Shown here: positions 52,479-64,000 of the stretch, one piece after another
How positions within the stretch are numbered: position 1 is the first letter of the stretch
Layout of the letters: every line of letters begins with the position of its first letter
NCBI GenBank assembly: GCA_001949185.1
Contig: BDGG01000005.1
Location: 434,001-498,000, forward strand
Source: Ramazzottius varieornatus
Taxonomy: Eukaryota > Animalia > Tardigrada
Direction of reading: 5' to 3'
DNA: 64,000 bases
Notes under the pieces: model-generated
Database searches by the model: none
Seen by the model: the letters and a program-made list of their open reading frames with translations, nothing else
Told to the model about the DNA's origin: nothing
Translations under genes and position numbers: made by a program

Positions 52479-55017
52479 CTAGTTTGAGAAAGCGCTAGTA
52501 GTGATTGACTTAGCACTATCTCCGGAAGGACGGCGTCGCTTGGTCAGGCAGCTCTCTATCAAGGCATGTAAAGGCAGGAGTAGAGCTCCCGCGGACATCA
52601 CAAGGCCAATTACCAGAAAAGCGATGTAGAAGCTTTTTGTGCGATCCCTAATGGCGCCGATGCTGGGAGGACCCACGAGATACGCGCAGCCTTGAATGGT
52701 AATGAGCAATCCAATGGCGGACGGCAGTCGCTCTATGCCGAAAAGGTCGGCTGTTATCACAGGGTTCAAAACCTACGAAAATACTGAGTAATAGTTCTCG
52801 CATGGAAACACTTTGAGAACATTCCATTCTTACCATGAAGCAACCTCCGAAGAAAGCGAAGAGTCCAGCGAAACAGGACAAAGTAATATACGAAGTGCCA
52901 GCAACTACGAAAGGATAAAAGATTAGGCAAAGTTTTGATTGGGCGGAACGTCGGTACTTACAAACTATCAATCCGACACACGTCGTTGCACACAGGATCA
53001 TTAAACTGAATATCCACTTCCGCGGAATGATTTGAAAATCAGAGGCAATGCCAGAGCCCACACGTCCTACCAAATCACAGATCCCCATTACGGAAATGAG
53101 CGAGACTGCCTCCGTCTTAGACAGATGCAAGTCTTGCGCGTGGGCGGGAAGGATTAAGTAGATACTCAGATACCCAAAGGAAGCTGCAATGAAACAAAAC
53201 CATCAACTATTATCCAACGTGATGTTTCATCATAATATCATGCACGAACCCAGCATCACGGCGAAACTAAAAGACAGAAACAAACTGTCCTTCAACAGCG
53301 AGAAGTCGAACAGAGATTCTGATTCCTTTCCACTTCTCATCCTTGTAGGCCACGCATACAGCGACCTCCAGGCGTTTCTGAAGTTTTTTCGAGCGCTAGC
53401 CCCGCTGAAGTTTCTCAGCCGTAACGTCGGCTGCTTCTCGACAATGACGATCTGTTCCGGGATGGAAAGAAGCGACGATGCCATCGCGAAACTGCTGGCA
53501 CCTCGCGTCGGATACAAGGCCGTTTCGTAGAGCTCTTCTTTGATTGAGCCCGTCGAGGGAAGTGCTCGCACTCTCTTTGTACAGTGAAGACCTGGACAAA
53601 GTTTCGCACTGGGCGTGAGCTCCCCATAGACCTCCGGTTCCACCACCCGTCGCCCAGTTGGTAACGGTCTATACAATAGACCAGCTAGGCATAGATGGAG
53701 GCTGAAGGCTCCGAGAATCAGGATACAACCATTAATCGTATACTTCTCAATCAGGAGTTGTAAGAGTGGTGGAATCAGGAAACTTCCTACACCACTTCCG
53801 GCCACGGAAAGTCCGTTGGCTAAGGAGCGCCTCTTATCGAAGTACCGACCCACCATAACTACAGAACGAACCATGTTTCTATGTAAGTCCAGATTCGAAC
53901 CGAAATCAATGTTTTGGGGCTCAATACTTACTGATGGATGGTCCGTAGACAAGCGCCGATCCGAAACCTGCAGAGATAATTAGTCGATAAGTTAAGGTAT
54001 GAGGGGTATATTTGGACCAACCGGAAATGAGTCCGTAAGTGATGTAAAGCTGCTCCAGTTTGTACATGAAGGAGCTGGCTACAATGCCTGCAGAATATAT
54101 CAACCCTCCGACCACGACAACGGACCGAAAAGAAAAGGCGTTGCTCAAGGCTGTTGCAAGAGGTCCTGCAAAACAACAACAGAATCACGATGCGATAAAC
54201 GAGTACACGCGGCTGGCCTAGTCATAGGCATGGACAAAATCATTGACAGCCGGCCGAAAGCGGCAGCGGCCACTGTTTTTACTGGCAACTGCGGCTTTCA
54301 GAAGGCTGCCGATGATTTTGTCCATGCTAATGGTTAGGCCAGCCGTGTGTACTCACCAACGACCACCTGTTGTGTGCCACACTCGAACCGAGACACGATA
54401 AACATCCGTGATCCGTCCAGGCACGGAACAACATCGCAAAAAAACCGTCTTACCTAGCCAGCTACATGTAACGCAGTTCAGGGAATAAACCCATGCAATG
54501 TCGGACGATGTCCGATCGTATTTCTCCAAGAGCTCCATAAAGATAACTCCGAAGGAGTAAGATATTCCGTTCACAATCAGGTTCATCATGAAACAGCCCA
54601 GTACAACGCACCAGCCCCAACCTGCAAGTAAACCAACCTCCGTGAAAGATAACGAAACCATCTGAAATCCATGAAGAATCAATAGGCAGACCTCCATCTG
54701 GCGGTAATAATGATGTCTTCGAAACTTGTACAACCGTAAGACCAGCAGCAGGTTGACCATCAATGTCACTTTCACTTTCTTCCCAGAGGCCGCTTGTATG
54801 GATGTCATCCTGTTCTATCCTATCCTCCGCTTTAGGGATTTCTACGATAGCACTGCAAGGCCGAAGCACAGCGCGTTAGCGTTAGAATCGCCATAAACGG
54901 TTTAGGGACCGGAAGTTGCCGATTGGCGCACATGAGTGAGTGTCATGACGGACAACAGTTCCCATCTACTACAGCGTACCTCAACTTGTTCCGTGGTTTT
55001 CTCCCGTCTACTTCCAT
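52479..55017 (-). CDS. Monocarboxylate transporter family (SLC16) MFS protein, copy 2
   Basis: PPDG|GWGWCVVLGCF, YFDKRRSLANGLSVAGSGVG, GRVGSGIASD, DLFGIERLPSAIG, GPPSIGAIRD. First exon MEVDGRKPRNKL is inferred from splice phase. Confidence 0.9.
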
Positions 55018-55555
55018 TCACTGGCGTCCTGTAGATACCATGGATCACTACGGAATGCCTTGTCGGACGGGGACTGTAAGATAACCAACTGGCAGGAAGA
55101 AGACGGCTACACGTAAAGCACTCAACAGCACTGAATGCTGGCGATTAGCATGAAACACCAGGCAGCGCGTCATTTGGACGTTACTTTGCGTGACTGACAT
55201 GTGGACGGGACGCCATCTTGTGTTAACGCGTGGCCGCTCTGTCGAGGGACCATTCAGACCATGTCACCCGCCGATCAGGATGTCAGGATGACCACTTCCT
55301 GGAGTTGGAGAAATCCTGAAGGTGCGTCGTCCACCGTAGAACCAGTGTTATAGCCAGTACAGCGTCACACAAGACAACCCGAAAAGCGAAAACTGCTCTG
55401 TTATTAAAGAAAACTTCAAAAGATGACAGTCAAAGCGACAAAACCAGTCATGCGTTTGTAGAGCCTCGAGGTACCAACGCAAATAACTCCTGTTATGACA
55501 TTAAACTTGCCTCTTTAAAACAATTATTCAGACGATAGGGAATGATAGGGAAATG

Positions 55556-55630
55556 TTTTATATATATTATGACATTGTATAATATATCATAACATATATA
55601 AAACATTTATATACATATATATGTATATAT

Positions 55631-55677
<47 letters not shown>

Positions 55678-55693
55678 TATATATGTAAATATG

Positions 55694-55761
<68 letters not shown>

Positions 55762-55883
55762 TATATATAAATATATATATATTTATATATATTTATATAT
55801 ATTTATATATATATATAAATATTTATATATATATATTTATATATATATATAAATATATATATATATATGGGATATGTATATAT

Positions 55884-55916
<33 letters not shown>

Positions 55917-55995
55917 CATATCCCAACTTCGTTACTTCTACATACATATATATATGTATATGTATGTATGTATATATATGTATGCAAAATGTATG
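55556..55995. repeat. Degenerate (TA)n microsatellite, about 440 bp
   Basis: Near-pure AT dinucleotide tract in otherwise much more GC-rich DNA. It includes the inverted pair GGGATATGTATATA / TATATACATATCCC at about 55868-55924. Confidence 0.97.
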
Positions 55996-56009
55996 TAGCA
56001 TGTACCGCA

Positions 56010-56530
56010 TCTATTTTCGGCTTTTCGTTACAAATCCACGTCATCGCGGACGCTAACGTCATGCGCCACTTAGGTCGAGAAGCTTTTCGCATTAATATCC
56101 ATTTACAAACGGCCGATTATTGGAGTCCCCGTTCGTCATGGAGACATTCTGACCGAGAGTTTCTGGTTAAACTTTGGCTTTTTGGTGGCAATTGGCGAAT
56201 AATTCAGCCATGCCATGGAGTATCCGAAAGGCCAAGGCTTCAGAGACTCCATCTGCGTTCTCTGCACAAATGACCTGGAGTGATCTCGGACAAACCTTGT
56301 CGGGTCCACCAGCATTGTTTTGAGAACCAAACTTCCCACGTGGACATGGGCAATCTCTCCAAAATAGACCATCTGATCCTCTGTACTGGCACGTTTACGT
56401 TTCTCGCCGGTTACCTCTCCGAAGCTCGGCACATTCTATATTACAAAGGCTGGCCGAAACCCGGTTCGGACTTTGATAGAATTATGGATAATCCATCGTT
56501 TAGTCTTCCGAATTGATCGCAATGGAACAA
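56010..56530 (+). pseudogene. Alpha-1,2-fucosyltransferase (GT11) pseudogene, 5' truncated
   Basis: [10 protein letters not shown] (GT11 HxRRGD), [54 protein letters not shown]. Stops at 56200 and 56281, frameshifts near 56100, 56320 and 56515. Confidence 0.8.
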
Positions 56531-57245
56531 TTGTTGAAGTTTTTACTTAGCAAAATGTTTATAACTTTTAACCCGTAAGGATTTTTACTCGTGCAAGTAC
56601 TTTAACCTACGAGTACCATTCAGTGGGGAGTCTGAGGACGTACGTGCCAAGTTTTGTACCGTGGGCCATAAATGGTGTTTTACGGCATAGCTGCAGCATA
56701 AAACAGACCCTGTTTTCGGACTTCCGCTTGATTCCCCGTAGGTTTCCACTTGCGAAATGGTGGAAGGTAATATGAGCGCCGAGCTATAAGTTATAGCCTA
56801 CAACCAGCGATCCAGAGGCAAGATGAAGAGCTTTTGACAACGGAACAGTACTTTTTTTAGGTGAACAGAACGTAAAGAGCGAAATACAGAAGCGGAAGTC
56901 TGGGCGGAAACAGAAATTATGACTCCAAAACCCTTAAGCGTATTGTAACAAGCAGCCCGAGGTACTACACCACAGAGCAGATGACCTGCAGATTCATTCA
57001 AACATCAAAAGGATTAGAGTTTAGCTCGGATACTTACTTGTTATCGATTCCATTTCTATAGTTTCACAGACTCATCGATATTACAGGGCAGTAAATAAGT
57101 AGTTATAAGTAAGCTCTAAATCTGTATATCGAGCCAGATGCCGATTTCGGCTGTCCGGTATTTCGTGGCGCCACGTTCTCGTTATCCTTGTGTTGGTTCT
57201 TAGTCTTTAGCATCTTGGGATGTAAGGACTCAAGGCGCACCCCTA

Positions 57246-58232
57246 TCATCCAATGATATCTACGTAGCCCCGAAGTCGCAGGTAGCCTAAAAAGACGCAC
57301 ATAGCAAGATCAAAGGTATCATATAGAGAACCTAAAACCCCTAGTTTCGGAACAAAGAGTCTTACTCTGCACAAGGTCCCGAGTTAGCGAGCGAACAATC
57401 TCAAATTCTTCAGCGTCACAGTAGTGCAGCTTAGTTTCCGGATCAGTGTACTTTGCCTGCAATGTATGATTTGCATAGATCCAGTTACTCTCTGCTTTTT
57501 CAAGATGGCAGCTGTAGTCATACTCTGGTATAATTTGGCCAAGCCGCCAAGGGATCCAAGTTACTGCATACTCACCTCGAAACCAGAGATGTCCGAATAC
57601 TTCTTTGGAGGTTTCAGCCTTGGCGGAGCCTTTATCGTCCAGTCTGCAGGTACGCAAAGTTTATCATATCAACAACCTGTAAACATATACAGGCCTCTCG
57701 CGCGCCAAAGCACCTTATGCAACATCCTCCCAGAAAACGACCACATATAAGTTAAACTGCTTACATGCGGGGTGTGAGGGTGCGTCCTTCCATTCTGCTC
57801 TTTCGGAACCGATGATGTGCTTCAGTGGTCGGTACTGGGACGTCCTTTCGTCTTCGGCAACTCTAGCTCGCTAAAACAGAGCCAGACATTTCATGACTAC
57901 TCCTGCAACCAAGCGGTCGACAGTTCAACAAGGGGGGGGGGGAATCAACTATGGCTTACCTTGCGCAGATACTGCTGATTCTTGAAGCCCCACGGGTGAT
58001 GCATGTTGATAATTATTGCCGGTTTCGGGAGCTCCTTCTGACGTTTAGACTTGTCTCCAGACATTCCTGATCCTTCTGGGTCGGCCAGTTCATCTGGTTG
58101 CTCCTCAGTCGACGCAGCCGGAGAGGCCCGAGTGGACCGTTTAGAGGCTTTAGGTTTAGGCAGGGACTTCTTCTTCGTAGATGACGTCTTCGTTAATGTT
58201 AAAGCTTCGCCATCTATCCCGTCGTCAGCCAT
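57246..58232 (-). CDS. INO80C: INO80 complex subunit C (Ies6, YL1_C domain), multi-exon
   Basis: GFKN, RPLKHIIGSER, IKAPPRLKPPKKYSDISGF, AKYTDPETKLHY..EEFEIVR..VQ|SYLRLRG. Confidence 0.9.
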
Positions 58233-58641
58233 ACTTCCAGGCTATTATACACTAAACTCGCTCGAAAGTCCTGTGAACGGTGGAGGAGTTCAGATTTCAG
58301 AAGAATGCTTTCAATTCAAAAACAACAACAAACGAGCCCGAAGTCTTCCAGCGAAGGCCGTTCAAGCCGAAACCAACTACAGAGTAAACGCAACGCATCG
58401 AGTCATGTCTTGTATCCGTTACCGCAATCTCGCTTTTGTCTTTGTGCAAGAAAAACGGAAGAATGGAAAATTCCGAATTCTGAAGTCAGTTAATCAGTTT
58501 TCAAAATGAGTGTAATCTGTTTAAAAAGCGGCAGAATCCGGAAGTCCAAGCTGCTGCCATGGTTGTGGATTGACTTATGTTAACCCAGTCCTTTTTAATC
58601 AAACTCGAATCCGCGGAACGCGTGCACGGCGTGAGCGTACG

Positions 58642-60692
58642 ATGGATGTCCAGGATGTTGGAGCGAATGTCACCATCGACGGGACGGATGGCCGCAACTG
58701 GAGCGCGTCCGAAATCCAAGAGCTACTGGAGACTATCGAAGCTCTCCTCCCAAAGGCAGACGCGCTACCCGTTGACAAGAGAACGAAGAAGATTCCTTGG
58801 CACGATGTGGAGATTACTGGCCGGTCAGTGGAAGAATGCCGCTCACAATGGAGCAGCATTCTCTCCAAAGTAAGTGCCTCACTCTGCAAGCGTGCAGACT
58901 GGTCAGATGATGACTGCGTCGCTTTTCTGTACAGGTACGGACATATCGCATAGCGGCGGAGGTGATAGCTGATGCTCGGCAGCTTTTGGCTTGTCAATTT
59001 GACCAGACACAGAAACTTCCGGTTCTCCCCGTACGACTACAGCAACAGGTGACGGGCTATGGCTCTTCAACTCGCCATCCCGACTACCCCAAGAAGCCGG
59101 CCTCGGCGTATATAAGATTCTACAGTCAAAAGCTGGCCGAAGTGAGAGCTGAGCATCCAGAATGGAAAATGCAGGAAATACGTCAGCACATCGGCGAACT
59201 CTACCGCAGATTACCCGAAACGGTAAGTCAAAATGAAGGCCGGCAGTTAAAAGTTTCCCATAGCTGTCTGAAGTTCAGTATTTTCACAGGCATCGGTGTT
59301 CGTAGAGAAAGAGGAAGATAGAGAGGCTTTTCATATAGCCAGACGAAAATTCTACGATGACCACCCCGAACTGGCGCCCAAAAAGAAGAAGGAGCCGCCG
59401 TTGTTGGACAACAGTACCTACATATCGCGCGATTCTCCGCCGCTCTTCCCAGTCAGTGCATTCAACCATTTCTTCAGAAAGCATCCACAGTTTGATGACA
59501 GGAAACAAGCCCGTGCAAGTTGGAATAGGCTCTCCGAAGCGGAAAAGCTCGTCTACATCGACGAAGCGGTTCAGGACGAAGTTAGATACAAGGTACGTAA
59601 CCGTTCCTTATCAGAAACCGGACGAATAATGTTCATCGGTATGATTAGCATCCTTTATGTTGCAGAAAGATGTGGAGGAGTATGAGAAGAAATTTCCGGG
59701 GAAAGAAGTGGGCAAGCTCAAGACTAAAGTTACGCGGAGTGATAGAGAACTGATTGAGAAGCTGAGACCGACAGCGGACCAGCAGCGACCAGCAAAGCCC
59801 TTGGTACCCGAAGGTAAACCGTACCAGCTTTTCGTACTGGAATTCCTGCAGCGGCCAGAAAACAAGAAGGATGCAAACTGGATGGCTACGGCTGGTCTGG
59901 CCTGGAAGAATATCGGGGCGAGTGGACAACAGGAGTACGCTCGACGAATAGAAAAGGTGCGTGTAACTCTGAAATTCGCTCTCATCATTCATAACTTACC
60001 GTGAAGCTTCGCCTACTAGTATATACACTGAACTTGCTTGATCTGGCCAGATGTGGGACGTATATCGGATGGAGTTGGACAAAGTCACCGATGATACTAT
60101 TGCGGCCGAAAGCGAAGTTCGGTTTCAAGTGGAAATTACCCCGCGGAAGTCTGCAGTACGCCGCTCGAAGTCTTCTAGTACCGGAAAGGACGGAGCGATC
60201 TCGGCACTGGTATGTTTTCTCAATTAAATTTTCGATCAAGCCACCAAATTTTAGAACTTATAGATTGCGTTCAGAACGTCGATGTGGCAAAACATCGTGA
60301 ATTTCGTTTCAGAAACGAAAACGTCAAAGAACAGCGAACGGGAACCCTGCCGCATCAGCAGACTTCGATTCAGCGGAAAAGACATCGAAGATGAAGGGAC
60401 AGGATTTGTTTATTTTCGAGAATGAGTGGGATGTCCGAAGCAGTTTTGCAGGTCTTGGCGACAAAACTATTCGGGAGAAGCTAGAGCAAATGTTCGGTAG
60501 CCTTTCAGCGGAAGAGCAGGTGAGCTCTTGAAAAACACCACCCGCAGACGTGTGCGCTTTCTCATCGCCCGTCAGGCTGCTCCTTTGAGATAATGTATCG
60601 GTGTTTGCGAAGTTGTTCTGCAATAAATGTCGCTTCTTTAGGAAAACTACAATATTCGAGCAGCGCTATTCGAAGAAGACTTCTACTGCTGA
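58642..60692 (+). CDS. UBF/UBTF-like nucleolar transcription factor (N-terminal SANT-like domain + several HMG boxes), multi-exon
   Basis: NWSASEIQELLETI..IPWHDV..SVEECRSQWSSILSK|VRTYR..EVIADA followed by HPDYPKKPASAYIRFY, the same order as in UBF. Further degenerate HMG boxes follow. Confidence 0.78.
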
Positions 60693-60705
60693 ACTGTCGA
60701 GCTGA

Positions 60706-60740
60706 CGGTGTACGGTGTACGATGTACGGTGTACGGTGTG
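60706..60740 (+). repeat. Heptamer tandem repeat (ACGGTGT) x5 just after the UBF-like stop
   Basis: gacggtgtacggtgtacgatgtacggtgtacggtgt. Confidence 0.85.
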
Positions 60741-61492
60741 GGCATCGCTTTATGGCGGAAACTGGTGTGGTTGGTTTGTTGTATTCTGGTGTCTACTTTC
60801 GGTTTTAGTCCTTGTCCGATTGCTCACTTGTATTTCTAGAGGTTCTCTGAAGTGCTGCGAAGCCATGTTGGAAGGATTCTACTGCGGTTTCCGGGTTCCA
60901 AGTGCATACATGCTTTACGGTACGAGTATTGATTTTCTTTCGTACTGCTCACACGGTTCTGCAGATCCTCAAGGGTTTATGTGTGATTCGATTTGGTAAT
61001 CATAATAATAGTGTAATTTGAGGTACTACACTGTAGAAGTATCACGTTTTCAACTTCACATGTTAATTTGCGAAGCTAAGGTTGGTGGTCAATCCCCACC
61101 CAAGGTTCGGAAAGTGTCGCGTGGGTCCTTACCGATGGTTTTGCCAAAGGCGCAACAAGTGAAAGAAGTGCAACCATGAGACGCGCTACTTTATGTGGCA
61201 TTCTCTGACACTGTAATAGCGCTTTAATTATGCCTGCTTTCAAATGTGCATAATATAGCAACAATATTTTGTCACCATTTGTACCTTTTGGTTTCCATTC
61301 AGACCTTCTGTCTTCGCTGCACACATCATATGGTTGCCTTTTGTGCGCCAAACACAGAACACTTGGCTCATCGTATTGCACTTTTCCGTATCGAAGTACC
61401 TTGATGCCGTGTCAGAGCTTTCTCGGGTGGCTCGTGGGAAACCCAGGCATAGTAGGGAGGGCCTTGGAGCTTATTTTTGAAAGACCGGCATC

Positions 61493-64000
61493 ATGTCGAG
61501 GTTCTCCCCGCTTTCCTTGAAAATAGTCCCGAAAGGGTTCTTTAGAGGGAAACCGCCTCAGATCTCGGAGGATTCTTCTATTAACAATGACTCTGCGTTT
61601 CCCACTCCAGATAACAGCCCAGGTCATCTGCCGCACTCGGAAGTAGCGCTATTGAATACGAATGATCGGACTGTGACCATAGAAGTTCACTCGGAAACAC
61701 CCGGCTCTAATGATCTGGACCATCATGACCACGGCCAAGGCCATCATCGGTCGAGGTCCAACGGGGATATCATGGATCTCGACCAAGATCGCAAGAAAGA
61801 GTTTCGGGAGATGCTCCGGTCTTCGTCCAGCGCCGAAACCATCTTGAGTGATGTGAGTCCAACTTTTAGCTTATTCGTGCGTTTCCGTCTTCACTTCTTG
61901 TTGGTTCCAGGGCGATGGTTTGGATTCACACCACCACGGATTTCGCACATACGAGAAGGAGGAAATAGAGTCCTTCAAGAGTCAAGGATGGTGAGGATTT
62001 TGTCCGCATCTGGTCGATTGAAGGTCACCGTTAATATCGGCCTGTTTGTCTTAGGCATTCCCTGATGAACTACCTGAGTCTTTCATATTGCCTGATTTTG
62101 ATCATTTGCGGGTTTGGGTTCCCGATTGCTGAATTGACGGCCGACAGCCTGGAGAATAACTACTACCAGGTAAATTGATGAAAGCCAACCGCAGCATTTT
62201 GAAACCGGAAAGAAGGCACATGAAATTTGAATGGAGGTTTCTTTTTAGGCTTACTATATCTTCCTGTTTGGAATGGGACTAATCTATATGATATTCTCCT
62301 ACATGTTCCTGGTAACGCCCATTCCCAAGCATCAAGAGATGGCGAAATCTTTCCGCAGATGGAAACGCAATATCAACAAGCAGAATTTCCGTGAACGGTT
62401 CAACTCCATCCACGTCCCAACGGATCCTCCGCAAGCCACTTACACCAGCGCTGCCAGAGCGTCCAGTTTCTACCTTCGCATGGTAAGCTTGAGTCCCTCA
62501 CTGTTATTCAACCGGCTTTTATAAGTACGGCGGTATGTCACTGGTGTGTTACCTTAGGACGCAGTCTTCTTTGGACTGGGTTCAATGGTATTTTCCGGCT
62601 TTGAGTTCGGCCAGTTTTTCGAGTACCCGGAAGGATCGAGATGTCGCAACATCAGTGCTTTCGCTGTACCGGTCTTTCGGTTCTTCTTCACTTTCGCGCA
62701 GCTGTATTTTTTATTCCTCAACATTCGAGTAAGATTTGAGCATTCATAATCTGTCCTATCTATTACTTCATCTAATAGTTTGTGTTTCTGCCATAGATCA
62801 GGACGGACAAGTTCACGACCCTTACGCGTTTTGGCTTGATGCATGTGAGTTCTATTTGAAGCACGTGATCATGCAGGTTGTTCATATAAACAAACCGAAC
62901 ACCAAGACAGTTCTTCCCATGGTTCAGCATTTTATTTTATTTGCTTTCAGATCCTGGGAACCAACATGGTTATTTGGGTAACAAGCCTGATTGAGGAAAC
63001 TAGTCATGCAGGTATACCAATGTTTGATTCCCAAACCCACATCAACCTGTTGCGGTCTCGAAAACATCACACCCAACTTCCGGTTCTGAATTATGATAAT
63101 TTTCTTATTATGGATAATCTTCCTTTGTACTTCATGAGTAATAAGCTTATCACTGTATCTGCACGTGTCCCATGGAATGACATAAGCCTTATTCTGTTCC
63201 AGTCGCGCATTATTCAAGCCCGGCAGAGCATGTCCTTTCCGGTGACCACCATGACGATCCTCATGGTCCTTCGACATATGAGATCGCCATCGGGGTGGAC
63301 CATAACATCTCGCAGGTTCTTGCCAGTCTCCTCCCTGAAAACTCTTCCCTGGATATCAGTAAGATGGGACTGGATGTTACGGGCGTCGTGGCGGATGAGA
63401 TTATGAATTCGTGTCGAAGAAAGAGTATGATTGGTCAAGTCCTACAACGGGTAAGTTCGCCAGCCTGTTCTAATTTCTATCCTAACTGACTACGAAAATC
63501 TTTCTTTCATTAGGCTGCACCGGTCTTGTATCCGTTCATTGTCGAGTATAGTTTGATATGCGCGGCGCTCATCTATGTATACTGGAGAAACATCGGCATT
63601 CTTATCGGACCCGGAAGGCGCATGTTCCGCCTTTCTCGTGAAGCCGCGTCTGGAATCATCATGGACGCGATCAATGATCTAGATTCGCATACCCACAAAC
63701 GACATCAATACACAGTCGATTGCAAGGGTGGGTTTTGTGGAGGCTGGGGAAAGCTGAACATAGTACCCTTTAACGACAGGGATATTTTAGGTTCGACCAA
63801 TGGGATGTTCATGGGAATTTTAACAATCGTTGCAATGGTCATCATGTGAGTATTTTAGATGTATTCCGAAGAAGCGTGAACGGAATAACAACTCGGTTCT
63901 TTCGTCTTGCAGTATGGTTCTGTTTTTCTTCTGGATCAGCCTGTCCAATTATAAGTTCTTAGCGGTCCTGGAAGTCTACATCTCCATCATCGTTCTCTAC
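61493..64000 (+). CDS. Otopetrin proton channel, 3' partial, multi-exon
   Basis: SSFYLRM..FGLGSMVFSGLEFGQFFE, FTFAQLYFLFLN, RFGLMH|ILGTNMVIW..LIEET, LYPFIVEYSLI, VDCK|GSTNGMFMG. Confidence 0.92.

Noticed and set aside
55823-56273. Y/I-rich ORFs
   Set aside because: Translation of the TA microsatellite and pseudogene frames.

Overview
Gene-dense eukaryotic (metazoan) DNA with mostly short GT-AG introns. The composition, compactness and gene set suggest a small-genome invertebrate such as a tardigrade (inference, not proven). About 18 spliced or intronless protein genes were reconstructed by hand. In order: an unrecognised large secreted low-complexity proprotein (running off the left edge), LCMT2/TYW4, MINDY3, an atypical S1A serine protease, IMMP2L, a Tctex-domain protein, a p24-delta/TMED10-like gene, intersectin, a calmodulin-like gene, PIGC, C2CD5, a smoothelin-like gene, PSMC5, PDIA6, an S28 peptidase, two tandem SLC16/MCT transporters, INO80C, a UBF-like HMG protein and an otopetrin (running off the right edge). 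Non-genic features are a 1022-bp non-autonomous hAT element with an 8-bp TSD, two families of short palindromic MITE-like elements (family A has at least 11 copies, nearly all intronic; family B sits on 5' splice sites), an AT microsatellite and a GT11 fucosyltransferase pseudogene. No prokaryotic-type system, CRISPR array, rRNA or convincing tRNA was seen. The best novelty candidates are the two-isoform furin-processed secreted polyprotein and the hairpin elements that remodel introns and splice donors. Exon boundaries are manual and may be off by a few bases. All family assignments come from remembered motifs, not database searches.
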